From: Pseudorhizobium sp.
GTDB taxonomy: Bacteria > Pseudomonadota > Alphaproteobacteria > Rhizobiales > Rhizobiaceae
Direction of reading: 5' to 3'
DNA length: 64,000 nucleotides
Assembly: GCA_046314035.1 (NCBI GenBank)
Contig: JBKBXP010000001.1
Span: forward strand, 580-64,579
Every line of letters starts with the position of its first letter. Within the stretch, counting starts at the first letter, position 1. Made by a program: the position numbers and the translations under genes. Shown in pieces: positions 47,167 through 57,805 of the stretch. The notes beneath the pieces were generated by a model. The model did no database searches and was not told the origin of the DNA. It saw only the letters and a program-made list of their open reading frames with translations.

Positions 47167-48191
47167 AGCGCACAGCAATTCCGCTTGCGCCAGACCAGGT
47201 AGCCCATGTCCTCGCCAATGGCGGGATAGACCTGGCCTGCCGACATGAAGGTGGTGGAGGCACCAATGGGCGCGCAGGCATAGCGGCCCTTGGTCTGCGG
47301 ATTGGGATTGGTGGCCTGGAAGCGGTACTGCTGCTTGCGCATCACCGGCATCAGGTACTTGCCGCAAAGCCCTTTGCTGCCCATCGTCCCCCAGGCAACG
47401 AGCTCGCGGTGGAGCTTGTAGGAGAAGCGGGCGAGTGCGAGCCGCGAGGCCTGGACATGGCCAATCGTTGCCGAGACATTGCCGTTGAGCGGATACATCG
47501 TGCCCTGGCAGCCCGCGCACCAGAACAGCTCATCGGTCGGCAGCTTGCCTGTTGCCGCCACGCAGTCCGCTGCACAGGCGGCAAGCGCCAAGGGATTGGC
47601 GAAGAGGACCGCCTCGGGATTGATGATCGCGGTTAGCTCGCTGTCCTGCCAGAGCGGATCAATCTCGGTGATGTAGAGGATGTCGATCGAGCCGGACTCG
47701 AGGCACAGGAAATCGGCGACGATCTCCATCCAGTAGATCAGCGGATAGGCATACCAGTGGACATGCCACTGCGAATTGTACTGGGTGTTGCCGCCAACCG
47801 CCGATGGCCCCGCCATCGACTTGAAGCCGATGTCGAAACCCGGATCGAGCTTCATCCCGCCGAGATTGACGAAGCACCATGGCTTCATGCTGACGTCGGC
47901 AAGCCGCACCGGCTCCCAGAACCCCATGGCGATGCCGGGCCGCAAACCGCAGAGGCAAACGGGGAGAGCCGGATTGCTGGTATCGGGACGGCTCGACGGC
48001 CAGATCTTCAGGCCACCGATCGAGATCGGAAACAGGCACGACCAGCAGATGTCCGTGATCGGATTGACGAACTTGCCAGTGCAGCGCCCGGGGCCGGCCG
48101 CAGCCTGGGCAGGAGCACTGGACACGACGCTCAGGCTGGTGAGCAGAAGTGCTCCGCAAAGCCATGACAGAAGGCGTTTTTTCTTGCTCAT
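47163..48191 (-). CDS. traU: Pilus assembly protein TraU
   Basis: NPITDICWSCLFP, GFWEP, WCAGC, WRKRNCC. Confidence 0.95.
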   Translation of the reverse strand: MSKKKRLLSWLCGALLLTSLSVVSSAPAQAAAGPGRCTGKFVNPITDICWSCLFPISIGGLKIWPSSRPDTSNPALPVCLCGLRPGIAMGFWEPVRLADVSMKPWCFVNLGGMKLDPGFDIGFKSMAGPSAVGGNTQYNSQWHVHWYAYPLIYWMEIVADFLCLESGSIDILYITEIDPLWQDSELTAIINPEAVLFANPLALAACAADCVAATGKLPTDELFWCAGCQGTMYPLNGNVSATIGHVQASRLALARFSYKLHRELVAWGTMGSKGLCGKYLMPVMRKQQYRFQATNPNPQTKGRYACAPIGASTTFMSAGQVYPAIGEDMGYLVWRKRNCCAL

Positions 48192-48835
48192 GACGGCGCA
48201 CGCTCCTTGAGAGGCACGGGCTGTTCGGTGATGATGAGCGCGCGGCCCTGCTGCTCGACGGTTGCGGGCACCGCGCGAATGCCGAAGTGTTTCACCAGCG
48301 TGCCGCCCTGATCGAAGTAGAAGCGCCGCTGACGGGCCTTCATGAGTTCGAGCGGCGCACCGGCTACGAGGATGAGCTTCGCCTTGGTGCTGGCAAAGCG
48401 GCGGGTGGCCCAGGCGAGCTGCGCCGGGTCGTCCCCGTCGATAAAGACGAGGGGTGCGCGCAGCGGCACGGTATCCAGAGGATTGACCCGCGTGCCTGCG
48501 GCAATGATGACCCGGCCCTTGTCGTCGGCAATATCGCGCGGGGCGGTGATCGTCGGATCGAAGCGCCAGCTGCGCAGCGCCGAGGCGAGGGTAACGCCAG
48601 CAACAGGCTCTGGCCGGTTGACCCGGGCGGTTGTCCGTCGCTTCAGCTCTTCGTTGAGACGGGCCGTTTCGCCGGTCTTATCAAGCCGGGTGAGCCTGGC
48701 ATGGATCTGCTGAAGCAGGTCCGGTTCGATGACCGGCCATACCGCGCCGTGCTGGCCGTAATCGCGAGCCATTGCCTGTGGTGCGATGGCCAGCGCCAGC
48801 GCAGTGGTGCAAACCGGCAGAGTGAGGAGCCTCAC
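48188..48835 (-). CDS. traW: Pilus assembly protein TraW
   Basis: G.VWPVIEPD, FDPTI, VNPLD, FIDGDD, FYFDQGG. Confidence 0.92.
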   Translation of the reverse strand: MRLLTLPVCTTALALAIAPQAMARDYGQHGAVWPVIEPDLLQQIHARLTRLDKTGETARLNEELKRRTTARVNRPEPVAGVTLASALRSWRFDPTITAPRDIADDKGRVIIAAGTRVNPLDTVPLRAPLVFIDGDDPAQLAWATRRFASTKAKLILVAGAPLELMKARQRRFYFDQGGTLVKHFGIRAVPATVEQQGRALIITEQPVPLKERAPS

Positions 48836-49356
48836 AGGATTGGCCTCCCGACCCCGAGTATGCGCGTTCCACAGATCCAACCGATCGCGGCATAGCGACT
48901 GTCGAAGCCATCCTTGTGTTCGCTGGTGACGAAGTAGCAGCCTTTCGGCACGCGCCCCGTAGGTCCAAGCGCCAGCGCTTCGCCGAAGCGGCTCTCAAGC
49001 TTGGCTTTGGCCACGGCCTCACCGTTGACGAAGTAGATGCGGTTTTGCTCGGTGATGATGTCGCCCGGAACACCGCTCACACGCTTGCCGAACGGCTTGG
49101 GCTTCGCCCCGAAATGCTTGACCAGCAAAGGCGAGGTGGGCGGGTCGAACAGGATGATGTCCCCGCGATGCACGGGTGCCCCCCGCGTGACCCAGATGGC
49201 CCAGTAGGGCAGGCTGGGGCTCACATTGATCATGAGCGCATGGCCCTGCGCGAAGGCGGCAAGCGAGGAGAGCGCCAATGCCCCGGCGCCGAGCCCGCCC
49301 CAAAGCACGAGCCGGCGCGCCGATGCTGAGCGGATCAAGAGATCAGCGGGCTGCAT
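48832..49356 (-). CDS. trhF: S26 conjugative signal peptidase (TrhF-like pilin maturase)
   Basis: NVSPSLP, KRVSGVPGD, FDSRY motifs. Confidence 0.85.
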   Translation of the reverse strand: MQPADLLIRSASARRLVLWGGLGAGALALSSLAAFAQGHALMINVSPSLPYWAIWVTRGAPVHRGDIILFDPPTSPLLVKHFGAKPKPFGKRVSGVPGDIITEQNRIYFVNGEAVAKAKLESRFGEALALGPTGRVPKGCYFVTSEHKDGFDSRYAAIGWICGTRILGVGRPIL

Positions 49357-49750
49357 CGGGAAGGGCTCCCATGCGGCGCACGACGTCGGCACGCACAGAC
49401 CCGGTCAGGTCCGGCGTGCTCCCGGCGACCACTGCTTCGGCAACCAGAACTGTCCGGCCTTCGCGGCCGAGCTTCTGTACCGAGGCTTCCACGGCCTTGA
49501 GGTAGGCCTGGACGCGCAGTCTGGTTTCTTCAGGCGGCCGACCGGCACGCGCTTCGGCTTCGATGAAGTCGCCCATGATCCGGCTCAGCTGGACCGTGAC
49601 GACCTCGCGTTTTTCCAGGGTGAGCAGCTTGTCCGTCGCCCAGACACCCCACAGCACCTGACCGACCATGCCAGCGCCGACCAGGACAGCGGTGAGATTG
49701 ATCGCTGAAAGCCGCCCCCGCAGACTCGATGTTGCCAGAATGTTCTTCAT
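49343..49750 (-). CDS. trbI: TrbI F-type protein
   Basis: Single TM helix, VLVAEAVVAG..PDLT; position in the operon. Confidence 0.8.
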   Translation of the reverse strand: MKNILATSSLRGRLSAINLTAVLVGAGMVGQVLWGVWATDKLLTLEKREVVTVQLSRIMGDFIEAEARAGRPPEETRLRVQAYLKAVEASVQKLGREGRTVLVAEAVVAGSTPDLTGSVRADVVRRMGALPDAAR

Positions 49751-50139
49751 AGCTTTTCTCCCGAAAGTTCGCGGTCGAGATCGCGGATGAAGCGCGGCAT
49801 GCGCCACACGACGACGAGCGTCGCGAGACCGATCAGAACGAACTTGCACTGGCCGAGGAAGGTCACGCGCCGTGCGAGGTCGGCCGCCAGGAAGCGGTCA
49901 CCGAGATTGGCGACATGGGCGAAGAAGGCATCGGGATTGCCGCCCGACAACAGCAGGAAGAACAGCAGCGGCAGGCCCAGTGCCATCAGGTAGGATGAGC
50001 CGAGAAACAGGCAGCCGCGAATCAGAATGTAGCAGCCATCGGCCATGCGCGAGCGCAAGGTCTGGACTGGCTGGCTGACGGGCTGTTCGTCTTCGGACGG
50101 GTCGGTCCGGTCGAACGGGGTGACGAGGTGGAGAGGCAT
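49747..50139 (-). CDS. Hypothetical membrane protein inside the tra operon
   Basis: 130 aa with two hydrophobic segments; stop overlaps the trbI start. Confidence 0.65.
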   Translation of the reverse strand: MPLHLVTPFDRTDPSEDEQPVSQPVQTLRSRMADGCYILIRGCLFLGSSYLMALGLPLLFFLLLSGGNPDAFFAHVANLGDRFLAADLARRVTFLGQCKFVLIGLATLVVVWRMPRFIRDLDRELSGEKL

Positions 50140-50168
50140 GGAGATAGGGATCCTTTGGTGATGGGGTG

Positions 50169-52712
50169 TCAGCGGTTGGGATGAGCGATGCGCTCGATGG
50201 CATCGGCGAGCTGGTGCCCGCGCGCGATCTCGGCATCGATGGCGGCAAAGGTCTGGGGCGAACTCGAGAAGAGCGTTGCCGAATAGTCATCGAGCACGAG
50301 CCGCCCGATCGCCTCGGTCTCCGGCCCCTTGATGAACACCTCGGAATAGTCGCTCCCGGAGCGCTTGAGACTGCGGATCAGCGTCTCGGTGCGATCGTCC
50401 ATATCGAGGCGCTTGCTCGCCTTGAAATCGGCGATCGTCTCGGGCTTCTGCTGGAGGATCAGCATCCAGTCGCTGTTTTCGAGCGCCGCTGTCGCCCCGT
50501 CGGACTTGTAGTAGTCGTTGAGCGACTGGGTTGCGGTCGCCAGCGCACCGCCATATTTGCGGCAGGTGCGGGCGTAGGTTTCGACGAATTCACCCATCGA
50601 GCCGCCCTTCAGCATCGACCAGGCTTCATCGATCAGCAGGAGCTTGCGCAGCGACCGCGGGCTTCGCGTCATCGCCTGGCTGGTCATGAACATGATCGCG
50701 GAGAGCACCACGCTGCGCAGATCCTCACGGCTCGCGAGGTCCGACATCTCGAAGACGGTGAAGTCGGCATCGAGGTCGAGGCTTGCCTGGCCTTCGAAGA
50801 AGGCCCCGTAGGTCCCGCCCGCCATGTAGGGGGCAAGCGCAGTCGCAATGTCTGAGGCGGTGTCATGCCCAAGACTGGCCAGCATCTCGCCAACTGTGGT
50901 GACCGTCGCAGCGGCACCATGTTCCGCCCAGACGAGATTGACCGCCCGGTCGATAAGCCCGCGCTCGGTATCGGTCAGCTTCGCGCTGTGGCGAGCCATT
51001 TGCCCGACAATCGCCTTGATCATCCCGAAGCAGTCGAGACGATAGTCCTCGTCCTCGGCCGCTCGGGTCCCATCGATCATCGAAAACGGGTTGAGGCAAA
51101 AGCCCGCTTTCATCGTGAACTCGACAAAGCGGCCGCCCTGCAGCTTGACCGAATGCTCGAAGCTGCGGCCGTCGTCGATCACGACCACTTGCGCGCCGGC
51201 ACCGCGCAGGGCAGCGCACATCTCCTGGAGCAGCACCGATTTGCCCGATCCCGACTTGCCGCAGATCGCGACATTGTGGTTGCCCGCCTCGTTCTCGAAC
51301 GGCGACCAGAAGAAGGGCTGGCCGCGCCGCCCGACGAACAGCAGGTGAGGTTGAGCGCTTCCAAGATACTCACCCTGCATCGGTGCGATATTGGCGGCAG
51401 TGGTCGACAGGACGGTCTTGAACCGCTTCAGCCGCTCCATGTCGGCCCCGAGCCCGTCGGCTAGCGTCAACGGCATCGCCGCGAGAAGTCCCTGGAGCTG
51501 GAGATAGCGCTCGTCGGTGAGATCCCAGCCCGCGGCCTTGTAGATCGACTTGATCGCGCGTTCGTGGCGATCGCCTTGCCCTGCCGGCGAATAGGTCGTC
51601 ACGCCGTAGAACACCCGCACGAGGCGGCGGCCTTCCTGGAGCTCGGCCTGAACGTGTTGCCACTCGGCGGCCTGTTCCCCGATCCGGGGCAGGAACCTGG
51701 CGCTGCGGGTCCCGGCGAGGCTGGTCGTTCGCATGAACTTGAAGCCGGCCTTTGCCGATGCCGCTTCCTGGTCCGGATAGACGAGACAGAGCATTGTGGC
51801 GGCCGGGCAGGGGAAGCGCAGCTTGTCGGTGAAAAGGTCGCCGATCAGCCGCGCGCATTCCCACGGGGCCCAACGCGATGGCATGTTGCGCACGGCAAAA
51901 TGCCGGACGTCGAAGGCATCAGGATAGACCGTCCCGATCTCGGGTACGCCGTCGTTAACCTTGCCGGTCGGACGAAAGCGCTCGGTCACGAGCCGCATGC
52001 GATCTTCAGCCACGACCAGTTCGATGTCGTGGCGGATCGCCTGGGAGGCGATTGGATCGTTCGGATTGTAAGGCACCGCATCGTCCTGCGGGGCGGTGGT
52101 CGGCGAGGTCAGATCATCGATGACAGCGATCAGCGCTTCCGGCCCGACTTCGACCACGCCGAGGTTGAGCGACTTCAGCATCGCCATCAGGCCCTCGCGG
52201 GTCTGCTTGAGATCCTCGTTGCTGACCGACTTGGACGTCGGCACGCCGACCGAGACGATGACCTGGTGATGCCGCGCATGGAAGGGCGCGTCCGGCGAGC
52301 CGGATTCCCAGACGAGCGAATAGAGCCGCCGGGCCCGGTGCCGGGCAATCGCCTCGTACACGCCGCCCTGGATGTAGCGTGGGGCGAACCACGGGGCGAT
52401 GATCCTGCTGATGCGCGGACTTGCAAGGTGGAGCACCTGCAGGCAGGCGCCCGCTGGCAGGCCTTCCGAGAAGAACTGTCCCAGGATTTCCCCGGTGCGC
52501 TCGTCGGCTCCGATCAGCGGCGTAACCGAAAGGACAAAGCCCTTCGAGCGTGCGTTGAAGTAAAGGCGGGTTGCCGGATCGTAGACCCGGTAGGGGAGCC
52601 AGTCGGAGAGCATGTCGACCATGAGCTGCGGACGGGCCTTCTCGGCGCGCTCGACATCCCCCAGCAGTCCGCTGAGCAACCGATCGACGACGGACTTGAG
52701 TTGCTCGGCCAT
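50169..52712 (-). CDS. traC: VirB4-like ATPase TraC
   Basis: Walker A GKSGSGKS, IDDGRS, IDEAW, RKYGG..ATQS. Confidence 0.95.
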   Translation of the reverse strand: MAEQLKSVVDRLLSGLLGDVERAEKARPQLMVDMLSDWLPYRVYDPATRLYFNARSKGFVLSVTPLIGADERTGEILGQFFSEGLPAGACLQVLHLASPRISRIIAPWFAPRYIQGGVYEAIARHRARRLYSLVWESGSPDAPFHARHHQVIVSVGVPTSKSVSNEDLKQTREGLMAMLKSLNLGVVEVGPEALIAVIDDLTSPTTAPQDDAVPYNPNDPIASQAIRHDIELVVAEDRMRLVTERFRPTGKVNDGVPEIGTVYPDAFDVRHFAVRNMPSRWAPWECARLIGDLFTDKLRFPCPAATMLCLVYPDQEAASAKAGFKFMRTTSLAGTRSARFLPRIGEQAAEWQHVQAELQEGRRLVRVFYGVTTYSPAGQGDRHERAIKSIYKAAGWDLTDERYLQLQGLLAAMPLTLADGLGADMERLKRFKTVLSTTAANIAPMQGEYLGSAQPHLLFVGRRGQPFFWSPFENEAGNHNVAICGKSGSGKSVLLQEMCAALRGAGAQVVVIDDGRSFEHSVKLQGGRFVEFTMKAGFCLNPFSMIDGTRAAEDEDYRLDCFGMIKAIVGQMARHSAKLTDTERGLIDRAVNLVWAEHGAAATVTTVGEMLASLGHDTASDIATALAPYMAGGTYGAFFEGQASLDLDADFTVFEMSDLASREDLRSVVLSAIMFMTSQAMTRSPRSLRKLLLIDEAWSMLKGGSMGEFVETYARTCRKYGGALATATQSLNDYYKSDGATAALENSDWMLILQQKPETIADFKASKRLDMDDRTETLIRSLKRSGSDYSEVFIKGPETEAIGRLVLDDYSATLFSSSPQTFAAIDAEIARGHQLADAIERIAHPNR

Positions 52713-53521
52713 CACTTGGGCTCCTTGGGCTGCGCGGTGCTGTCGGTCGGCAGAGCGCCGTTCCGGATTGCTGGGCGGATTGCGGCCTTTGCGGCTTCAA
52801 TCGCCGCCGCGCTCGGGAACACCGGAGCGCTCTGCCCCGCCTCAGGCCGAGGGGCTCGATCACGCGGGGGAGGCGACGTGTCGAACCCCTCGACCGCCGG
52901 TGCCTTGGCACCGGCAACGGCCTCGCGCGCCGTGGAGGGGAGGACCAGCGGCGAGGCATCCGAAGTTTCAGTGAGCAAATTGGGGGCTTCTGCGGCCAGG
53001 GGTTGGACGGCCCTGGTTTCGGCAGTGTCGGCAGACGAGAAGGGCGACAGGTCGTCAGAGGCGTCGTTGTGTCTGTCCGCGCCAGCTTGTGATGCGACTG
53101 CCTGAGCAGCCTTCAGTTGCCGACGCACCTGGCGCATCAGGGTTCCGCCCTGATCCTCGCCCGGCTTGCGGCGCAGCTCGGTGGCCCAGCGCGGATTTTC
53201 GACAACCGTCCAGGCGACCGCTTCGTCGTGCAGTGTCCCAGCTTCATCGACATGGGCGGGGAAGACGACGCGCAAGGTGCGTTCCGCCGTGCGGGCAGTG
53301 TCGGCATCCACGACGCCAGATCTCTGCCGCACGCCTGATTGCGTGAGCACTTCAGCTGACGGATTACCGGTCGCCTTGGCATCGATCACATGGGTCGGTG
53401 CGCAGCCGCCCTTCGGAGCGCGGCAGGTGAAATCGCCCTCCACATTGGTGCCGAACGTGGCGCAGCCAGTGGCAAGCCCAGACAAGCAGGCGCAGGCAAG
53501 GAGACGTGTCGAAAACCGCAT
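52712..53521 (-). CDS. traV: Lipoprotein TraV
   Basis: Lipobox LATGC, FTC...GGC, R..ERTLRVVFP.HVD..G.LH. Confidence 0.85.
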   Translation of the reverse strand: MRFSTRLLACACLSGLATGCATFGTNVEGDFTCRAPKGGCAPTHVIDAKATGNPSAEVLTQSGVRQRSGVVDADTARTAERTLRVVFPAHVDEAGTLHDEAVAWTVVENPRWATELRRKPGEDQGGTLMRQVRRQLKAAQAVASQAGADRHNDASDDLSPFSSADTAETRAVQPLAAEAPNLLTETSDASPLVLPSTAREAVAGAKAPAVEGFDTSPPPRDRAPRPEAGQSAPVFPSAAAIEAAKAAIRPAIRNGALPTDSTAQPKEPK

Positions 53522-53525
53522 GGGA

Positions 53526-54440
53526 CTATCCTTTGGGAGCAGGGGTGGGGGCCTGGATGCGGGCAGGGCGCAGGAACTCCCGGAGCACGGCGGCAGGCCG
53601 GAAGCCCTCGAGAACAGCGCCGTCGGCGGGGCGTACGATTACAGGCGTGCCGCCAAAGCCGTGTGCCCGGGCAAAGGCCTCATTGGCATCGAGCCCGCTC
53701 GTGTCGCAGGGTTTGGGATTGGCGAGCGCCAGACCCGAATAGGCCATGTGCAGCGCCAGCTCAGGCCGCGGCGAGCACAGCACCCGTTCGGCATCGCGCC
53801 GGCTGTCCGCTCCGAAAATCGAGATCGGCCGCTCTTCGACCCGTGCCCCGATCGCCTTCAGCTCTGCCTCGAGTTTCTTGCAGTAACCGCAGTGGAAGTC
53901 CGAGAAGACGACGACGCGCGGACCATTGGCAGGCCCCCAGGTGATCGCGCCTTTGGCCGGAAGGTCGCCGAGCGGGACATGGCGCGGCGGGGTGTTTCGA
54001 GCTGACGCTGCAGCGGGTGTCGGATCGCCTTCTGCTTGCGTCTCGACATTGCTGCGCCGTGCTGCCCCCGCCGCAAGCAGGTCCGGATTGAGGGCGAGCA
54101 ACCGGGCAGCCGTCAGATCCTGACGGGCTTCCATGTCGTAGACACGGCCGATCACCAGATATTTGGCGGACCGGTCGACGTAGAAGAGCGTCGATTTGGA
54201 CGCGACTTCGCACAGACCGCCAAGGCCCTTGCAGTTGATCGCGTCGATCGGCGTCTTGGGCAGGCGCAGCTTGAGTGCTTCGCGCACCTTCGCGGTGTCT
54301 GGAGCAGCAGCAGAGGCTGCAAGGCTTGCCACACCCCATCCGGTCACAGCCGACACGGCGATGATTGCCGCCAGCCCAGCTCCGGCGCGCAACCAGGGGC
54401 GCCGACGGTTGTCCTGCTTGAGGAGAGTATTTTCGATCAT
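53526..54440 (-). CDS. dsbC: DsbC-like disulfide isomerase
   Basis: FSDFHCGYCKKL and GTP motifs. Confidence 0.9.
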   Translation of the reverse strand: MIENTLLKQDNRRRPWLRAGAGLAAIIAVSAVTGWGVASLAASAAAPDTAKVREALKLRLPKTPIDAINCKGLGGLCEVASKSTLFYVDRSAKYLVIGRVYDMEARQDLTAARLLALNPDLLAAGAARRSNVETQAEGDPTPAAASARNTPPRHVPLGDLPAKGAITWGPANGPRVVVFSDFHCGYCKKLEAELKAIGARVEERPISIFGADSRRDAERVLCSPRPELALHMAYSGLALANPKPCDTSGLDANEAFARAHGFGGTPVIVRPADGAVLEGFRPAAVLREFLRPARIQAPTPAPKG

Positions 54441-55774
54441 TGGGAGTTCCTCACGTAGACGCCGTCGAGGAACACGATCTCGACATCGATGCCGGTCGGC
54501 ATCTCGACGACGGGTTGGTACTGTTCGGCGCGCTCGATCAGGTATTTGCTGACCGTGTCGGCAGCATCGGCGGCGCCCTGGCCAAGCCCGCCGCCGAGGA
54601 TGTCGCCGGCCGAAAGCTTGGAGCGACTGCCGTCGGCGTTGGTCGTGACGCCTGAGAAGACGCTGTTGGCATTGGCGGAGAAGCCGCGCCCGAACCCGCC
54701 GACGATCCCGGCCAGCAGCGCTTGGCTGACGAGGCTGCCTTCGCGGCTCACGACGCGGCCGCGGACCCCGGACTTGCCGGCGAAGCTGATGAAGCCTTTG
54801 ACCTCACTCACCGCGACCCGGCCGCCGGGCTGATCGCAGGTCATGCGGGCGAGTTTCACATAGACCTTCTCGCTGCTGAGATCGCCGCGCGCCGCGCCGT
54901 TCACCACGCAGCCCTGGATCCGGGTGGTGAGAACCTTCCCGTTCTGCATGACCGATCGGGCTGGACCGGTGATCCTGAGGACCACGGGCAGCGGATCGGT
55001 CTGGCTGACGACGCCTGCCGAGGCATCGACGCCGACAATCACCCGGGCCGAAGCGTAGGAATTGGGGGGCAGGTAATCCGGCGAATCTTCGACGACGACC
55101 GGGGGCGCCTCGGGGCGGCCCACTCTGAGGCCGTTTGTCCCAGCCTTGTCGGTGCTGAAGCTCATCAGCTTCACCTCGCCCGGTGAAGGGATCATGCCGC
55201 CTTGCGGCTCACCCCCTGCGGACACACCGCCTGGCTGGGACGAACGGGCTCGCGCGTCATAGCCGCCCGCCTGCGGCCCATAGGCCGGTGGCGGTACAGC
55301 GGATGCCGTCGTCGCGGGCTGCGCGGCGAGCCGTGTCTTCAACTCAGCGTTCTCTGCAGAAATGGCATCAATCGCGGCCTGTCCATCGACCCGCATGGCC
55401 TGGTTCTCGGCCTTGAGAGCCGCCAGCTGCGCTTCAATCTCCGTCCGCGGGATGCTCCCATCCTTCAGCGCCTTCTGTTCGCGGGTGACGGCATCGAGCC
55501 GGTTGCCGTAGGTCGCGACGAATTCGCGCTGGGACAGATCGCGGTTGACGAGGCCTGCCGTGTCGATCGTCTGCGCCGCATTGGGATCGCCGGTCTTGGG
55601 CTTGTCATCGCCGCCAAGAATGAACCAGCTACCGCCAAGGAGTGCGAGTGCTCCCAGCGACCCCAGCAGCAGCTTCTGCCGGCGCGCGGTGCGGGCGTTG
55701 AGTCCGGAAAGTTCGGACGGCGCGGCGCTCTCGGCCTGCAGAGGGGACGTGCTCGTATTGGCTGCATCAGTCAT
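54437..55774 (-). CDS. traB: VirB10-like TraB
   Basis: TM helix, coiled coil, GDLSSEKVY, GKSGVRGRVVSR, AEQYQPVVE. Confidence 0.92.
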   Translation of the reverse strand: MTDAANTSTSPLQAESAAPSELSGLNARTARRQKLLLGSLGALALLGGSWFILGGDDKPKTGDPNAAQTIDTAGLVNRDLSQREFVATYGNRLDAVTREQKALKDGSIPRTEIEAQLAALKAENQAMRVDGQAAIDAISAENAELKTRLAAQPATTASAVPPPAYGPQAGGYDARARSSQPGGVSAGGEPQGGMIPSPGEVKLMSFSTDKAGTNGLRVGRPEAPPVVVEDSPDYLPPNSYASARVIVGVDASAGVVSQTDPLPVVLRITGPARSVMQNGKVLTTRIQGCVVNGAARGDLSSEKVYVKLARMTCDQPGGRVAVSEVKGFISFAGKSGVRGRVVSREGSLVSQALLAGIVGGFGRGFSANANSVFSGVTTNADGSRSKLSAGDILGGGLGQGAADAADTVSKYLIERAEQYQPVVEMPTGIDVEIVFLDGVYVRNSQ

Positions 55775-56525
55775 GACCGGTCTCCCCGCTTGCGCCGACA
55801 ACAAAGGCCGTGGTGCTGGCCCCGGGTTCGAGCTTCGGTTCGGCGATCGAAAGCGCGAGCGTGTCGCGGGGTGCGAGATCGCGCTCGGCGAGCGTCACGG
55901 GTTTCGATCCGCGATTGTGGATGCGGACGACCTTCCCGGTGAGGCTGGCACCGCGATAATCTGCGATGAGCTGGATCTCGAGATCGCCGACCCGGGCGGG
56001 CATGGCCGCCCTTTGCCGGACCTCAAAGCCGTCGACAGTCCGGTCATTGGCCATCGCCTGGATGAGCCTGACGGCGCTTGTTTCGAGCGGCGTCTCGTTC
56101 TCCCAATCCGCGGCGCGGTTCTTCGCGATCGCCGGGTTGGTCACGAAGATCTGCGCCGCCGGGATCTGCTCGACCCGGCACGCGATCTTGTAAACAAAGC
56201 CCTTCTTGGTAGTGGCGAAGAAGCTGATGGACCGGGCCGCGTAAGTTTCCGGCACCGACACGTAAATGTCGCCGCGCACCGGCTCGTTGGTCACGGCAAA
56301 GTCGTTGTACGGCGTGCCGGTCGAGATCTTGGAGACGCTGGCGAACTGGTCGTCGACCAATGCGAAGCGGGTCAGTTCGCGCGCCGAAACGCTGCATTCG
56401 ATCGCGGCGCCATCGGCGGCCTGCTTGAACTGGTCGGCCGCATGGGCAGCCTCGGCTGTTACGGCAAGCAGCGCCGCCGCGCTCAGAAGTAGGACTCGTG
56501 CGTGGGCCGCTGATCGGTAAGCCAT
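55767..56525 (-). CDS. traK: Secretin-like TraK
   Basis: Signal peptide, GDIYV, SFFATT.KG; position between traE and traB. Confidence 0.88.
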   Translation of the reverse strand: MAYRSAAHARVLLLSAAALLAVTAEAAHAADQFKQAADGAAIECSVSARELTRFALVDDQFASVSKISTGTPYNDFAVTNEPVRGDIYVSVPETYAARSISFFATTKKGFVYKIACRVEQIPAAQIFVTNPAIAKNRAADWENETPLETSAVRLIQAMANDRTVDGFEVRQRAAMPARVGDLEIQLIADYRGASLTGKVVRIHNRGSKPVTLAERDLAPRDTLALSIAEPKLEPGASTTAFVVGASGETGHD

Positions 56526-57097
56526 CACTGGGCCTCCTTCGATTTGTCCTGTGGGGGGAGCTGGGCGAAGCCAGCCAGCGCCAGGCGCAGGCCGCTGTAA
56601 GTCCAGCTGAAGCGGAAGCGGCGCTCGTCACTCGCAATCACCTGCGCGCCGACAAACGTCTTGAGCGTGCCCGTAACATCCGAGGTGAGGCCCTTGGGAT
56701 CGACAGTCATCGACCGGATCACGAATGCCTGGGTGACATCCGAGCCCCGCTGCTCTTCGACGATCCGGACGAGCTCGGCCTTGAGGCGGCCATAGCTTGC
56801 AGGATCAGCGAGCTTCAGGATCTCGTTCATCCAGTAATCGAGGCCTTCCGGACTGCGATTGAGAAGAACAAGGGCCGCATCGCGGGTGACGAGCTCAAGA
56901 TAATCGGCCTCGACCCCGGCACTGCTCAAGGTGAGCGTTTTGGGGACGGTCGGAACCAGCACCACTTCGCGGTCCCGGGTAGCGGCAAGGCTCCCAGCGA
57001 TGACCAATGCGAGGCCAAGGCCCGCGCTGGTCAGCGCAAAGAGGTTTCGCTGGCGTAGCAGCGATTGCTGACGTTCGTGGGATATGTCGGAAAACAT
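56525..57097 (-). CDS. traE: TraE
   Basis: TM helix, VVLVP, YLE..RD...LLN.SP, G.LKTFVG. Confidence 0.9.
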   Translation of the reverse strand: MFSDISHERQQSLLRQRNLFALTSAGLGLALVIAGSLAATRDREVVLVPTVPKTLTLSSAGVEADYLELVTRDAALVLLNRSPEGLDYWMNEILKLADPASYGRLKAELVRIVEEQRGSDVTQAFVIRSMTVDPKGLTSDVTGTLKTFVGAQVIASDERRFRFSWTYSGLRLALAGFAQLPPQDKSKEAQ

Positions 57098-57107
57098 GGG
57101 CTTCCCC

Positions 57108-57395
57108 TCAACCGGCAAGCAGTCGGCAGTGAGAAGGCGGCGTTGCCTTGAGACCCAGAAATCCTGCAGGCAGATACCAGTATGCGGCATGGGCTACCCA
57201 GGAACTGGCGCGTCCTGCTTTTGCCTTTCGCAATGCGAACCAGGCGCCGAAGGCGACTATGATGCCGATAAAGATATGCTGGGTGAGGATCCCCCAGGTG
57301 AAGGGGGCCAGCATTCCCGCGAACTCGTCGATGGTCCAAAAGCCGATAAGCTCCGGGTCATCGAGCCGTCGAGGAATGATGTATGGGTCTGCCAT
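57108..57395 (-). CDS. traL: TraL
   Basis: YIIPRRLDDP...WTIDE and HAAYWYLP. Confidence 0.92.
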   Translation of the reverse strand: MADPYIIPRRLDDPELIGFWTIDEFAGMLAPFTWGILTQHIFIGIIVAFGAWFALRKAKAGRASSWVAHAAYWYLPAGFLGLKATPPSHCRLLAG

Positions 57396-57421
57396 GGCGA
57401 CGCCGCCTTCTCTTGCCGCGC

Positions 57422-57766
57422 TCAGATGACCGCGGTCACGACCGAGGTGACGATCGGAACACCCGTGCCGACACCGATGCCGACACCAACCGGAACGGCG
57501 ACCTGGCCGAGCGAAAAACGCCCGGATGCCAGACCGATCAGGCCGCCAGCGAGGCTGAGAACCGTGATGATCTTGCCGCCCGAGCCTTCCAGAAAGTCCG
57601 TGAACTTCGTGAGGGCAGGGGTGAAGGTCGTGTCAGCGCCGGCATAGGCGGCGCTCGCCGCAAGCGCCGCGATTGCGACCGGGATGGCAATGTTGAGGGC
57701 ACTGCCAAGTTTCTTTGGGCCGAGACCCGTGGCGCTGGCGCGCCGGGGGTGGGTGAGAGACTGCAT
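57422..57766 (-). CDS. traA: Conjugative pilin TraA/VirB2
   Basis: Leader ending AYA, two hydrophobic helices; first gene of the tra operon. Confidence 0.82.
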   Translation of the reverse strand: MQSLTHPRRASATGLGPKKLGSALNIAIPVAIAALAASAAYAGADTTFTPALTKFTDFLEGSGGKIITVLSLAGGLIGLASGRFSLGQVAVPVGVGIGVGTGVPIVTSVVTAVI

Positions 57767-57805
57767 GTGAAGCTCCGGTTGGAGGGGTTGTCACAGCGTA
57801 CTTGC